This document shows, one piece after another, positions 42,752-52,262 of a stretch of DNA of 64,000 nucleotides; the first letter of the stretch is position 1; every line of letters begins with the position of its first letter. Made by a program: the position numbers and the translations under genes. The stretch is from positions 557,767 to 621,766 of the forward strand of contig CP011214.1 in the NCBI GenBank assembly GCA_001029755.1. The letters are read 5' to 3'. The notes under the pieces are model-generated. The model saw only the letters and a program-made list of their open reading frames with translations, did no database searches and was not told the origin of the DNA. Source of the DNA: Candidatus Woesebacteria bacterium GW2011_GWF1_31_35. Lineage in GTDB: Bacteria; Patescibacteriota; Microgenomatia; UBA8517.

Positions 42752-44670
42752 TTTTTTATTGTAATTCCAAATTTTTGTTTTAAGGTCATTATAATTTCAT
42801 TTCTTATTTTTTCCACTTCTTTATCTACCAAAGTTTTATCAGGATGTTGATACCAAATTCTAAAAGTATAACTATTTTCAAAAATATCTTCTAATTCTAC
42901 ATCATTAATATATTTATTTGTTTGTTTAATTGAATGAATTATCTCACCTATGTAAGTTTTTTCAGGAATAATCAAAGTTAAATCTTCAATTTGTGGTGGA
43001 AATTTTACCCAAAGATTAATTTTGTATTTATTTTCTTTACCTAAAATACTATCTAAATCTATTTCAACGTAATATAAAAAATCATGCATTCCACCAAAAC
43101 CTACTTGGTTATTATTTAATTTTAATATGTAAGAATTTGTAAAATTAAAATTTAATATTTCACTGACATAATCTGGGTTTTTAATATCTATTTTATTAAA
43201 GAAAGTTAAAATCAGGGATTTAAAATCACTAAAACTATTTTTTTCTTTTGACCAATAAATAAAACCAATTTTCCTTTTTTCAATATAATTATTTTTTTCT
43301 TTAAAATAAATTTTACCAATTTCAAAAAGTTGTACGAATTCTCCTCTTTCGTTGACTATTTTTTTTGCAGAATCTAATAAATTAGGAAAAAGACTGTTTC
43401 TTAAATATTTAGTATCAGGAGATGGTGGATTAATAATAGTAACGTTAGTATCTTTATATTTTTCTCTTACAAAAGATAAACTGATATTTTCATCAAACCC
43501 AACTGAAATTGCAGATTGTCTTAATTTATCTTCCTGAATAATATAATTTGGTGTAATATTTTTTGGAATTTCCAAAGATAAAGTTTTAGTTGGAATTTTG
43601 TCGTATCCATAAATTCTAACAATTTCTTCAATCAAATCTTCCTCAAGTGTTACATCAGTTCTATGGGTTGGTACTAAGACATCTATACCTAATTTGTCCT
43701 TTTTTATGATTTCAAATTGAAGATTTAGTAAAATATTTTTTATTTCATTAAAATTTAAAGTTAGTCCACTAAAATTATTTAAATAAGCAAAATCTAGATG
43801 AACCTTCCACGGTTTAATTTCTTTTGGATAATAATCATACATTTCAGGAGTAAATTCTCCCCAATTGTACTTCTTGACGAAGTATAAAAATCTAGAGATT
43901 GCAAAATCAACCATATTTGGGTCAAGTTCTTTTTCATGTCTAATTCCTGCATCTGTTAGCAAATTGTGTCTATATACAGTTTTTCTGATATTTGCCCTGT
44001 CGTAATTTGCAGCTTCTAGTAAAATATTTTTTGTATCACTCACTATTGAATGATATTTTTCTCCAATTGATCCAGCAACAGATAGAATCTCATTTCCTTT
44101 TGTCCAAACTAAATCATCTTTTGTAAGTGTTATATTGGCATCCATAAAAGTAATAATTTTTTCTCCATCTTTAGCTAGTCTAATTTCTAAACTATTACCA
44201 ATTTTGTCTAAATCAAATGCGTGCATTGGTTCTCCCGTCTCAATCATCACGTAATTTGTAAGATCAACAATGTTATTTTTTGATTCTAATCCATAGGCAA
44301 TTAACTTGTCTGATAACCATTTAGGGGATTTTGTAATTTTAATGTTTTTTATTTCAATCATTCCAACTCTTTTTACAAGTGGGGTTTGAATATCTAAATT
44401 AATATTTTTTAACTCTTTAATCTTTTTAACAGTTATGATTGGAATGTTTTTTAATTTTGTTTTGTAAATTGCAGAAACTTCTCTTGCAATACCTAAGATG
44501 CTATAACAATCTGCTCTATTTCCTCGAAGCTCTAAGTCTAGAATTGTTTCGCTATTTTTTGTCTCAATTTTATCAAGCATATGTCCAACCATAGTTAAAT
44601 CAGAAGTTAACTTTTTGACATCTTTAGGTACTTCTACTAATTTATTAAGCCAATTAAGTGGTACTTTCAT
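42748..44670 (-). CDS. pheT: Phenylalanine--tRNA ligase beta subunit (short form)
   Basis: NRADCYSILGIARE, PMHAFD, RTDVTLEEDLIEE. Confidence 0.94.
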   Translation of the reverse strand: MKVPLNWLNKLVEVPKDVKKLTSDLTMVGHMLDKIETKNSETILDLELRGNRADCYSILGIAREVSAIYKTKLKNIPIITVKKIKELKNINLDIQTPLVKRVGMIEIKNIKITKSPKWLSDKLIAYGLESKNNIVDLTNYVMIETGEPMHAFDLDKIGNSLEIRLAKDGEKIITFMDANITLTKDDLVWTKGNEILSVAGSIGEKYHSIVSDTKNILLEAANYDRANIRKTVYRHNLLTDAGIRHEKELDPNMVDFAISRFLYFVKKYNWGEFTPEMYDYYPKEIKPWKVHLDFAYLNNFSGLTLNFNEIKNILLNLQFEIIKKDKLGIDVLVPTHRTDVTLEEDLIEEIVRIYGYDKIPTKTLSLEIPKNITPNYIIQEDKLRQSAISVGFDENISLSFVREKYKDTNVTIINPPSPDTKYLRNSLFPNLLDSAKKIVNERGEFVQLFEIGKIYFKEKNNYIEKRKIGFIYWSKEKNSFSDFKSLILTFFNKIDIKNPDYVSEILNFNFTNSYILKLNNNQVGFGGMHDFLYYVEIDLDSILGKENKYKINLWVKFPPQIEDLTLIIPEKTYIGEIIHSIKQTNKYINDVELEDIFENSYTFRIWYQHPDKTLVDKEVEKIRNEIIMTLKQKFGITIKN

Positions 44671-44723
44671 AATTTTTTAATTTCAAGCTTTGCTTATAAT
44701 TTTTTATTTAAGATATTAATTTA

Positions 44724-45716
44724 TTAATATCTAATATCCCCGTTATACAAACTTCTTATATCATTTATTTTAAATCTATCCATTACTATTCGATCAAGTC
44801 CCATACCGAATGCAAACCCGCTAATTTTCTTTGGATTATAACCAAAGTTTTTCAAAATTTGAGGGTGAATCATACCTGCTCCTAACATTTCTATCCAACC
44901 TCTGCCTTTACAAACACTACAACCTTTTTGATCACAAAATTTACAATCTATATCAAGTCCTACTCCTGGTTCAACTTCGGGATAATATTTACATCTAAAT
45001 CTAATTTTACGTTCTTCTCCAAAATAACTTTTTACGAAAGAAAAAAGCGTTCCTTTCAAGTCTGTCATTGAAATACCTTTTTGTAATGCAAACCCTTGAA
45101 ATTGATAAAACATTGCATTGTTGCTGGCATTAACATTTTCAAATCTATAACATTTTCCGGCAACTACTACTCTAAATGGAGGTTTGAGTTTTTCAATTGA
45201 CCTTGTTTCGACAGATGAAGTATGACTTCTAAGTAGTGTTTCTGGTTCCTCAATATATAAAACGTCTTGCAATGATCTTGCTGGATGATCTTTTGGCAAA
45301 TTAAGAAGCTCAAAGTTATAATGATCTGATTCAATTTCAGGTCCTTCCATGATCGAAAATCCTAGATTTTTAAATATTTCTGTCATTTCCAAGATAACAA
45401 TTGAAGTAGGATGAAGATGTCCGACTTTTTTGATTTTTACTGGGATTGTTGGATCAAACCATTCTCTAAAATTAACTTTTAAATCATTCTTTTTATCAGC
45501 TATTACTTTTTCTAAAGTATTTTTAACTTCGTTTATTAATATTCCTATTTGTTTTTTGTCTTCGTCACTTAAGTTTTTAAGTTCTTTAGTTGTGTTAGTT
45601 ATTTTTCCGTTTCTACCAAATAATTCAATTCTAATTTGTTCTAGATCATTTAAATTATCAATTTCATTAATTTGGGCAATTGCCTGATTTTTTGAATTAA
45701 TTATGTCTTCTTTCAT
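44724..45716 (-). CDS. pheS: Phenylalanine--tRNA ligase alpha subunit
   Basis: GHLHP, HPAR, LRSHTS, GKCYR, GFAFGMGLDR. Confidence 0.96.
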   Translation of the reverse strand: MKEDIINSKNQAIAQINEIDNLNDLEQIRIELFGRNGKITNTTKELKNLSDEDKKQIGILINEVKNTLEKVIADKKNDLKVNFREWFDPTIPVKIKKVGHLHPTSIVILEMTEIFKNLGFSIMEGPEIESDHYNFELLNLPKDHPARSLQDVLYIEEPETLLRSHTSSVETRSIEKLKPPFRVVVAGKCYRFENVNASNNAMFYQFQGFALQKGISMTDLKGTLFSFVKSYFGEERKIRFRCKYYPEVEPGVGLDIDCKFCDQKGCSVCKGRGWIEMLGAGMIHPQILKNFGYNPKKISGFAFGMGLDRIVMDRFKINDIRSLYNGDIRY

Positions 45717-45734
45717 ATTTAATCATTATCTAAT

Positions 45735-45760
45735 AAAAAAACCTCCTTTTCTAGGAGGTT
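45735..45760 (-). terminator. Intrinsic terminator between rplT and pheS (segments 3:4 of a putative attenuator)
   Basis: AACCTCCT-agaaa-AGGAGGTT followed by a U-tract. Confidence 0.8.
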
Positions 45761-45785
45761 AACAAAATTTGCATGTTACCCCCTA

Positions 45786-46139
45786 TTATTTCTTGGAGGT
45801 AAAGCTAACTTCTTTTACAATTTTTTCGAAAACACTAGGATTTTTAATTGCGATGTCTGAAAGTACTTTTCTATCAAGTTCAATCTTTGCTGCTTTTAGG
45901 TTTGCAATCAATCTTGAATATGAAGTGTTTAGATTTTTTGCTGCAGCTCCTAGTCTTACAATCCAAAGAGCTCTTAAATCTCTCTTTTTTAGTTTTCTTC
46001 CATGAAATGCATATGCACCAGCATGCATAACTGCTTCGTTGGCTTGTTTAAATCTTCTAGATCTTGCCGCATGATAGCCTTTTGCAAGTTTCTTAATCCT
46101 TTTATGTTTGATACTAGCTAAACTTTTTACTCTTGCCAT
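45786..46139 (-). CDS. rplT: 50S ribosomal protein L20
   Basis: MARVK...AKGY...RKLKKRDLRALWIVRL...LDRKVLSDIA. Confidence 0.96.
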   Translation of the reverse strand: MARVKSLASIKHKRIKKLAKGYHAARSRRFKQANEAVMHAGAYAFHGRKLKKRDLRALWIVRLGAAAKNLNTSYSRLIANLKAAKIELDRKVLSDIAIKNPSVFEKIVKEVSFTSKK

Positions 46140-46140
46140 A

Positions 46141-46371
46141 TTATTTTGTTACTTTGGCTTTATATGCCTTTTTATTAACTTTTCCTAAATATTTTCTAAG
46201 TTTTCTAGCTAAGACTCTTTTAACAGGAGTCATCCTTTTAAGTCTTGAAAGTCTACTCTTACTTTTACCAGCGTTAAGATGCCTTTTAAAAGCTTTTCTT
46301 CTTAAGACTTTACCGTTTTTGGTAATTCTTATTCTATTTGTCAGTAACCTCTTTGTCTTTTGTTTTCCCAT
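46141..46371 (-). CDS. rpmI: 50S ribosomal protein L35
   Basis: MGKQKT...ITKNGKVLR...RHL; between infC and rplT. Confidence 0.9.
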   Translation of the reverse strand: MGKQKTKRLLTNRIRITKNGKVLRRKAFKRHLNAGKSKSRLSRLKRMTPVKRVLARKLRKYLGKVNKKAYKAKVTK

Positions 46372-46891
46372 ATGTGTTTGTTGGTGAAATTATCATTAAC
46401 AAATTCCTTCCAAGGAATTTTGGTTTCATATCAATGTTAATTCCATCTCCTAAATCTTTTAACACTCTCGTAAAAATATTATATCCAAACTGTTTACTAC
46501 CTAACTGTTTAATCTTAAAATAAACTGCTAATTTTACTTTATTTTTATCCTTCAAAAACTCATCCATTCTTCTTAGTCTTGTCTGATAATCCCCTTCACC
46601 TATAAATGGTGTAAACCTTAATTCCTTAATGTCAGAAGGTTTACTTTTCTTCTGAGCTTCTTTTAGTTTTTTCTCTTCTTGATATTTAAATTTACTAAAT
46701 TCAATAATTTTAGCTACAGGTGGCTCTGCGTTTGGTGCAATTTCAACTAAATCAACTCCGCCATCTTTTGCCAATTTTATCGCTTTATCCTTCGAAATAA
46801 CCCCTATTTGTTTACCTTCTGAGTCTAAAACTCTTAAGGTTGTAGCAGGAATTCTCTCGTTTAATCGCCAGTAATTATTAAAGCCTTTCAA
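46334..46891 (-). CDS. infC: Translation initiation factor IF-3 (non-ATG start)
   Basis: NERI, DLVEIAPNAEPPVAKI, KELRF. Confidence 0.95.
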   Translation of the reverse strand: MKGFNNYWRLNERIPATTLRVLDSEGKQIGVISKDKAIKLAKDGGVDLVEIAPNAEPPVAKIIEFSKFKYQEEKKLKEAQKKSKPSDIKELRFTPFIGEGDYQTRLRRMDEFLKDKNKVKLAVYFKIKQLGSKQFGYNIFTRVLKDLGDGINIDMKPKFLGRNLLMIISPTNTYGKTKDKEVTDK

Positions 46892-46920
46892 TTTAAATTT
46901 AAATTCAGATTAGAATTGTA

Positions 46921-48690
46921 TCAGTTTATTAGTTTTTCTTCAATCTCTTTTTTGATTATCCTAATAAAATCTTCAAGGCTATCATTTTCAAGACTTTTCC
47001 CGTCTCTACATCTGACTGAAATAGTTTTTTCTTTTTCTTCTTTATCACCAACTATCAACATATATGAAATCTTTTCCATTTGAGCATTTCTAATTTTTTC
47101 TCCTAATGTTTCATTTCTTTCATCGATCTCAACTCTAATACCATCATCTCTTAATTTTTTAAATATACTATTTGCATAATTTAAGTTCCTTTCAGTTAAA
47201 GGTAAAATTTTAACTTGAACTGGAGTTAACCAAGTTGGAAAATTTCCCGCAAAATGTTCGATTAAAATTCCTATAAATCTTTCAAGCGATCCATATATAA
47301 CTCTATGTATTGCAATTGGAGTTTTTAAAGACCCGCCTTTGTCAATATATTGAAGTTTGAATCTTCGTGGTTGTTGAAAATCAAGCTGTATTGTTCCCAT
47401 CTGCCAACTTCTTCCTAATGAATCTTTCATTAAAATATCTATCTTAGGTCCATAAAAGGCACCATCACCATCTAATATCTCATATTCTATTCCTGATTCT
47501 TTAAGTATTTTATTCAAAGTCTTTTCAGCCTTGTCCCAAGTCTTAACGTCACCCATAAAGTTTTCAGGATTTCTTGTCCCTAATCTAAATGAATAATTAA
47601 TATCAAAAATGGAATAGAACTTTTTAACTATTTCAAACACATTTTTATATTCAGATTCAATTTGATCTTCAGAAACGTAAATATGTGCATCATCTTGACG
47701 AAATTCCCTAACTCTTAATAAACCGTTTAAAGTTCCTGATCTTTCATATCGATGTAGTGGATCTGTGTCAGATAAACGAAGTGGTAAGTCTCGATAACTT
47801 CTATTTTTATGATCAAATACAATATGGGCATTTGGACAATTCATTGCCTTAACTCCATATTCACCTTCATCTTCAGTCTTTGCAACAAACATCTCACTCC
47901 AATAATGATCATAGTGACCGGATGTAATATATAATTCTTTTTTGTTTAGTATTGGAGACATAATTTCTTGATATCCCCTTTTAATGTGTTCAATTCTCCA
48001 GAATTTAACAAGTTCGTTATAGATAGTCAGTCCTTTAGGAAGCCAATAAGGCATTCCTGGTGAAGTATTGTGAAACATAAATAATTCCAACTCCTGTCCT
48101 AATTTTTTATGGTCTCTTTTCTTAGCTTCTTCTATTTGATATAAATAATTAGCAAGCTCTTTTTGAGAGTAAAAAGCTGTTCCGTAAACCCTTTGTAACA
48201 TTTTATTTTTTTCATCCCCATGCCAATATGCTCCAGCAACAGATAAAAGTTTAAATGCTTTGACCTCTCCAGTTGAATTAAGATGAGGTCCACTACAAAG
48301 ATCAATTTCTTCATCTCCCATTTTATATGTTGAAACCTTTTCTCCTCTTTTTTCTATTTCATCTATCCACTCGAGTTTATAAGGATTATTTTTAAATATT
48401 TTTTTAGCCTCCTCAATCTTGACGTCTTCTTGAATCATTGGAAGATCTAAATTTATTAATCTTTTCATTTCTTTTTCAATTTTTTCAAAATCTGCTTCAG
48501 TTATTTTTTCATCAAAATCAAAATCATTATAGAATCCATCTGGAGTTGCAGGACCCATTGCCTTTTTAAGTTTTGGATATAGATTTTGTAATGAAGTATG
48601 TAAGATATGTTCAGCAGTATGTCTTAATGCCCAAAGTTTTTGTTCTTCGAGTGTCATTTTCGTTAATTTTTCATCTAGTACTTTTGACAT
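46921..48690 (-). CDS. thrS: Threonine--tRNA ligase (lacks the N-terminal TGS domain)
   Basis: LRHTAEH, DLCSGPH, RDHKKLG, MNCP, GAFYGPK, IHRVIYGSLERF. Confidence 0.97.
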   Translation of the reverse strand: MSKVLDEKLTKMTLEEQKLWALRHTAEHILHTSLQNLYPKLKKAMGPATPDGFYNDFDFDEKITEADFEKIEKEMKRLINLDLPMIQEDVKIEEAKKIFKNNPYKLEWIDEIEKRGEKVSTYKMGDEEIDLCSGPHLNSTGEVKAFKLLSVAGAYWHGDEKNKMLQRVYGTAFYSQKELANYLYQIEEAKKRDHKKLGQELELFMFHNTSPGMPYWLPKGLTIYNELVKFWRIEHIKRGYQEIMSPILNKKELYITSGHYDHYWSEMFVAKTEDEGEYGVKAMNCPNAHIVFDHKNRSYRDLPLRLSDTDPLHRYERSGTLNGLLRVREFRQDDAHIYVSEDQIESEYKNVFEIVKKFYSIFDINYSFRLGTRNPENFMGDVKTWDKAEKTLNKILKESGIEYEILDGDGAFYGPKIDILMKDSLGRSWQMGTIQLDFQQPRRFKLQYIDKGGSLKTPIAIHRVIYGSLERFIGILIEHFAGNFPTWLTPVQVKILPLTERNLNYANSIFKKLRDDGIRVEIDERNETLGEKIRNAQMEKISYMLIVGDKEEKEKTISVRCRDGKSLENDSLEDFIRIIKKEIEEKLIN

Positions 48691-48716
48691 ATATTTAATT
48701 TTATACCTTTTAAAAT

Positions 48717-48850
48717 AAAAAATCCGCCTCCTTTTATTTAGAAGACGGTTGTTGTCGTGGTTCCACTTCTATTTATTCTCTTTTTTTATTAGTTAACTTA
48801 AACTTTTTGAATTGGTGAATTTCAAATAATAACGTTTAAATAATTTAACT
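48717..48850 (-). ncRNA. Minimal T-box riboswitch upstream of thrS
   Basis: TAGAAG-TGGAACC-ACG-N8-CGT-CTTCTA antiterminator; overlapping terminator plus U6; upstream hairpin with apical ACC. Confidence 0.8.
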
Positions 48851-48913
48851 TATTAGTATAATAGTAAAAATTAAAACAATTTGCAAATTAATTTGTATTT
48901 TGTTAAATCTAAT

Positions 48914-49205
48914 TTATTCATCTGATAGGTCATTATATTCTATAAATCTACGTAGAAGTCTTCTTTCTGCCCTATTTTTTGAATGTTCTTTGGCATATTT
49001 ATCTAATCGTCTTTTGCTATTATCCTTAATTCGATTTTCTTGATCTTTATACATAACAACAAGGCCTAAAATACCTAGAACTGTTTCACCAACTAAACGA
49101 TCTATACTCTCTGGAGGCATTTTACTACAACCATGTTAACATGGGTAATGCCAATGTGAGTGGAGCAAGTTTTTTTCCTAAATTATGATTAATTTCTCTT
49201 TCCAT
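48914..49205 (-). pseudogene. Frameshifted small lipoprotein-like gene
   Basis: Removing one base at about 49134 fuses MEREINH...LPMLT to GCSKMPPESID, giving an LTGC lipobox. Confidence 0.55.
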
Positions 49206-49250
49206 GAAGTGATTATAACCTATAATATTTTCAAATATTTAAAATAAATA

Positions 49251-51066
49251 TTATTTAATCCCAAAACTTTTCTTTCTTCTTTCTTCTCTTTCATCTAGAA
49301 TTATTTTTCTAAGTCTAATCGATTTTGGAGTAACTTCAACAAGTTCAGTATCATCAATATATTCCAATGCATCATCTAACCCCATTATTTTTGGAGTATT
49401 AAAATGTTCTGCAGAACCATCCCCCTTACTTCTCATATTACTTAGTTGCTTTTCTTTACAAACATTAACGACCATGTCCCCTGCTCTTGAGTTTTGCCCT
49501 ACAATCTGACCTTTATAAACTTTAACAGCAGGACCTATAAAAAGTTGCCCTTGATCTTGAACATTTACCAAACCATATAGTCTCGTTTCACCTGTTTCAA
49601 AGGCAACCATGGATCCTCTGTCTCTATTTCTTTCAAATCCATCATCTGGTAAAAAGTCATAAAAGGTTGAGTTTATTATCCCCATGCCTTTAGTATCTGT
49701 TATAAGTATGCCTCTAAATCCTATTAGTTCTTTGGTTGAAACTGTAAACTCTAAAGTTACTATTCCATCTTCGTTTTTAAACATATCATCCATTTTGGCG
49801 TGGCGAATGCCCATATGTTGAATAACGATACCTGAAAATTCTTCTGGAACATCGATATAAACTTTTTCAAAAGGAGTTAATTTCTTTCCATCAACTTCTT
49901 TTGTAATAACATAAGGTTTACTAACTGCAAACTCATACCCTTCTCTTCTCATTCTTTCAATTAAAATTGCTAAATGTAATTCACCTCTACCACAGACAGT
50001 CCAAGTTCCATCAGGATTGTCATATACTTTTAAGGCAACATCAGTTTCAAGTTCTTTATAAAGTCTTTCTCTTATCTGGCTACTAGTTTTAAAGTCTCCT
50101 TCACATCCACCAAATGGTGAATCATTTACTAAAAAGACCATTTTTACGGTAGGTTCCTCAATTTTTAAAACAGGAAGAGCAAATGGATTATTGATATCAG
50201 CAATAGTTTCTCCAATTGTTACATCAAGAATTCCAGTTACCGCGACAATATCCCCAGCTACTGCTTCTTTTTCTTCTAATTTTGTTAAACCTTTAAAAGT
50301 TGAAAGAGAAGTAATTTTAGCTTTTTTTTGAATTCCATCTCTATTTATATGAATTATCTCTGAATTGGCAGTTAATTTTCCATTTTTAATTCTTCCTATC
50401 GCAATTCTTCCTTTGTAATTATCTTTTCCAATGTTACTAACAAGCATTTGCAAAGGTTTTTCAGGATCAGCATCAGGAGCTGGAATATAACTTAAAATTT
50501 CTTCAAACACAGGAGTAATATTGGTCATTTTAGTAATATCTGGTTCATATCCAGCAATTCCATCTCTACCTGATGCATAAATAGTTGGGAAAAATGCAGT
50601 TGTTTCATCAGCTCCTAATTCAACAAAAAGGTCAAATGTCTTACCTTGAACCCACTCAGGTCGTGCACCTTTTTTGTCAATTTTATTTACGATAACAATA
50701 ATTTTTAAACCCATTTTTAAGGCGTGTTTTAAAACAAATCTTGTTTGAGGCATTGGTCCTTCTTTTGCATCAACTAAAAGAAGTGCTCCATCGGCCATAG
50801 ATAAAACACGTTCTACTTCTCCACCAAAGTCGGCATGTCCTGGAGTGTCTATGATATTAATTTTGGTACCTTTATATTCAACTGAAGCATTTTTAGAAAA
50901 AATTGTTATTCCTCTTTCTCTTTCTAATTCATTGCTATCTAAAATTGTGCCCATTTCAGCAACTTCCTTTTTCATTTCAGTATGTGACTGACGCAAAAGC
51001 GCATCCACTAAGGTAGTTTTACCGTGGTCAACGTGAGCAATGATTGCAACATTTCTAATATCCATA
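49251..51066 (-). CDS. typA: Translational GTPase TypA/BipA
   Basis: IRNVAIIAHVDHGKTTLVD, DTPGHADFGGEVER, GRGELHL, EVTPKSIRLRK. Confidence 0.97.
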
Positions 51067-51075
51067 TTTATCAAT

Positions 51076-51099
51076 AAAAAAGCCGCATCTTTTGCGGCT
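51076..51099 (-). terminator. Intrinsic terminator-like hairpin after tRNA-Ala, just 5' of typA
   Basis: AGCCGCA-aaaga-TGCGGCT followed by a U-tract. Confidence 0.7.
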
Positions 51100-51133
51100 A
51101 ACTAAATAAGCCTATAAGATATTATATCATAAG

Positions 51134-51204
51134 TGGACCCGGCGGGAATTGAACCCGCTATTCATCCATGCCATGGACGCGTGTTACCGGTGCACTACGG
51201 GCCC
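51134..51204 (-). tRNA. tRNA-Ala(GGC)
   Basis: Cloverleaf; G3:U70 pair; anticodon loop AT-GGC-AT; CCA not encoded. Confidence 0.93.
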
Positions 51205-51229
51205 TAATTGTAATATTTTATCATAACAA

Positions 51230-51959
51230 TTAGTTTGTTTTGTGCCACCTTTGTACAAAATTGCTAAATTCTTCTTGACGATGAATAATTTCATTAATTA
51301 TAAGTTTTGACAGCATTTCTAGTTCAATTTGGATACTAGTATTAAAATATATAATTGTACAAACACCCATATATTTTTTTCGAGTTGTTTTAATATAACT
51401 TGTTCTTTTATCTATGTATGTTGGATAGAATTGAATAGATGGAATATTTATTATTTTTTTCCAATAGGCAACTAATTTATTAATATTCTGGTCATTTCTT
51501 GCTTGTATTCGAACACGCATTTTGGAAGTTTCAATTTTGTATAAGTCAAATAATAATTTTAAATATAGTTGTATTATGTCAGGATCCGAGTTTGTTAATC
51601 GTAGATCTTTTGTACTTTTATATTTTGCCCCTTCTCCAAGGTATAAAATACACAATATAATTTTTTGTATTTGAGGATCAATATTTGAAATATATTTTAT
51701 ATTATTAGAATAAATATCCTTTAGTTTATTAAGCCGGTTTGTTCTTATTATTTTTTAAACCCTTTTTTTGCGATTTCCTAATCTTATTCTTTATTTTTAA
51801 AGATAATATTTTTTCTTGATTTTTTGAATATTTTAAGTTTTTGAACCATCCACTTAAAGTACTTTTGGGAATTTCTATTCTTAATTTTGTAGTGATTTCT
51901 GAATAGGTAAAACCATTAAGTCTAAGTTTAATTGCTTTAGATTTTTGTTCTTTATACAC
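51230..51959 (-). pseudogene. HTH plus LAGLIDADG-like protein split by a +1 frameshift
   Basis: A6 run at 51751-51756; with A5 the frame reads through into LYLGEG...TNSD...YMGVC. Confidence 0.7.
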
Positions 51960-52036
51960 TATTTAATAGTACATCTGAGGAATATGTTGTACAACAGTAT
52001 ATGTGTATACGAGATATTAAATAATATGTTATTTTG

Positions 52037-52109
52037 TGGACCCTGCAAGGCTCGAACTTGCGACCTTGCCTACGTCAAAGGCACGCTCTACCAACTGAGC
52101 TAAGAGTCC
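52037..52109 (-). tRNA. tRNA-Val(GAC)
   Basis: Cloverleaf; TGCCT-TTGACGT-AGGCA anticodon arm. Confidence 0.93.
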
Positions 52110-52260
52110 AATTTGATTATTATATTACAAAAATTATGGCTTAGAAACAGCAATCTCCCCTGGATCGCAACTTCTGTAAATCTTACTACACATACTCCAT
52201 GATAGTGTGGATAAGTTTTTGATTTAGCAATCCGCCTATCTTTAACAAAATCAAATAAAG
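52110..52260 (-). pseudogene. C-terminal remnant of a second LAGLIDADG-like gene
   Basis: DRRIAKSKTYPHYHGVCVVRF..AIQ aligns with DKRTSYIKTTRKKYMGVCTIIY..SIQ of the 51230 ORF. Confidence 0.6.
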
Positions 52261-52262
52261 AC

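Noticed and set aside
51066-51129. Attenuator in the typA leader
   Set aside because: The alternative pairing (GGCT/AGCC) is too short; a terminator for the upstream tRNA transcript is the simpler explanation.
51750-51760. T TTA AAA slippery heptamer as a programmed -1 frameshift
   Set aside because: Joining the two ORFs needs +1, not -1.
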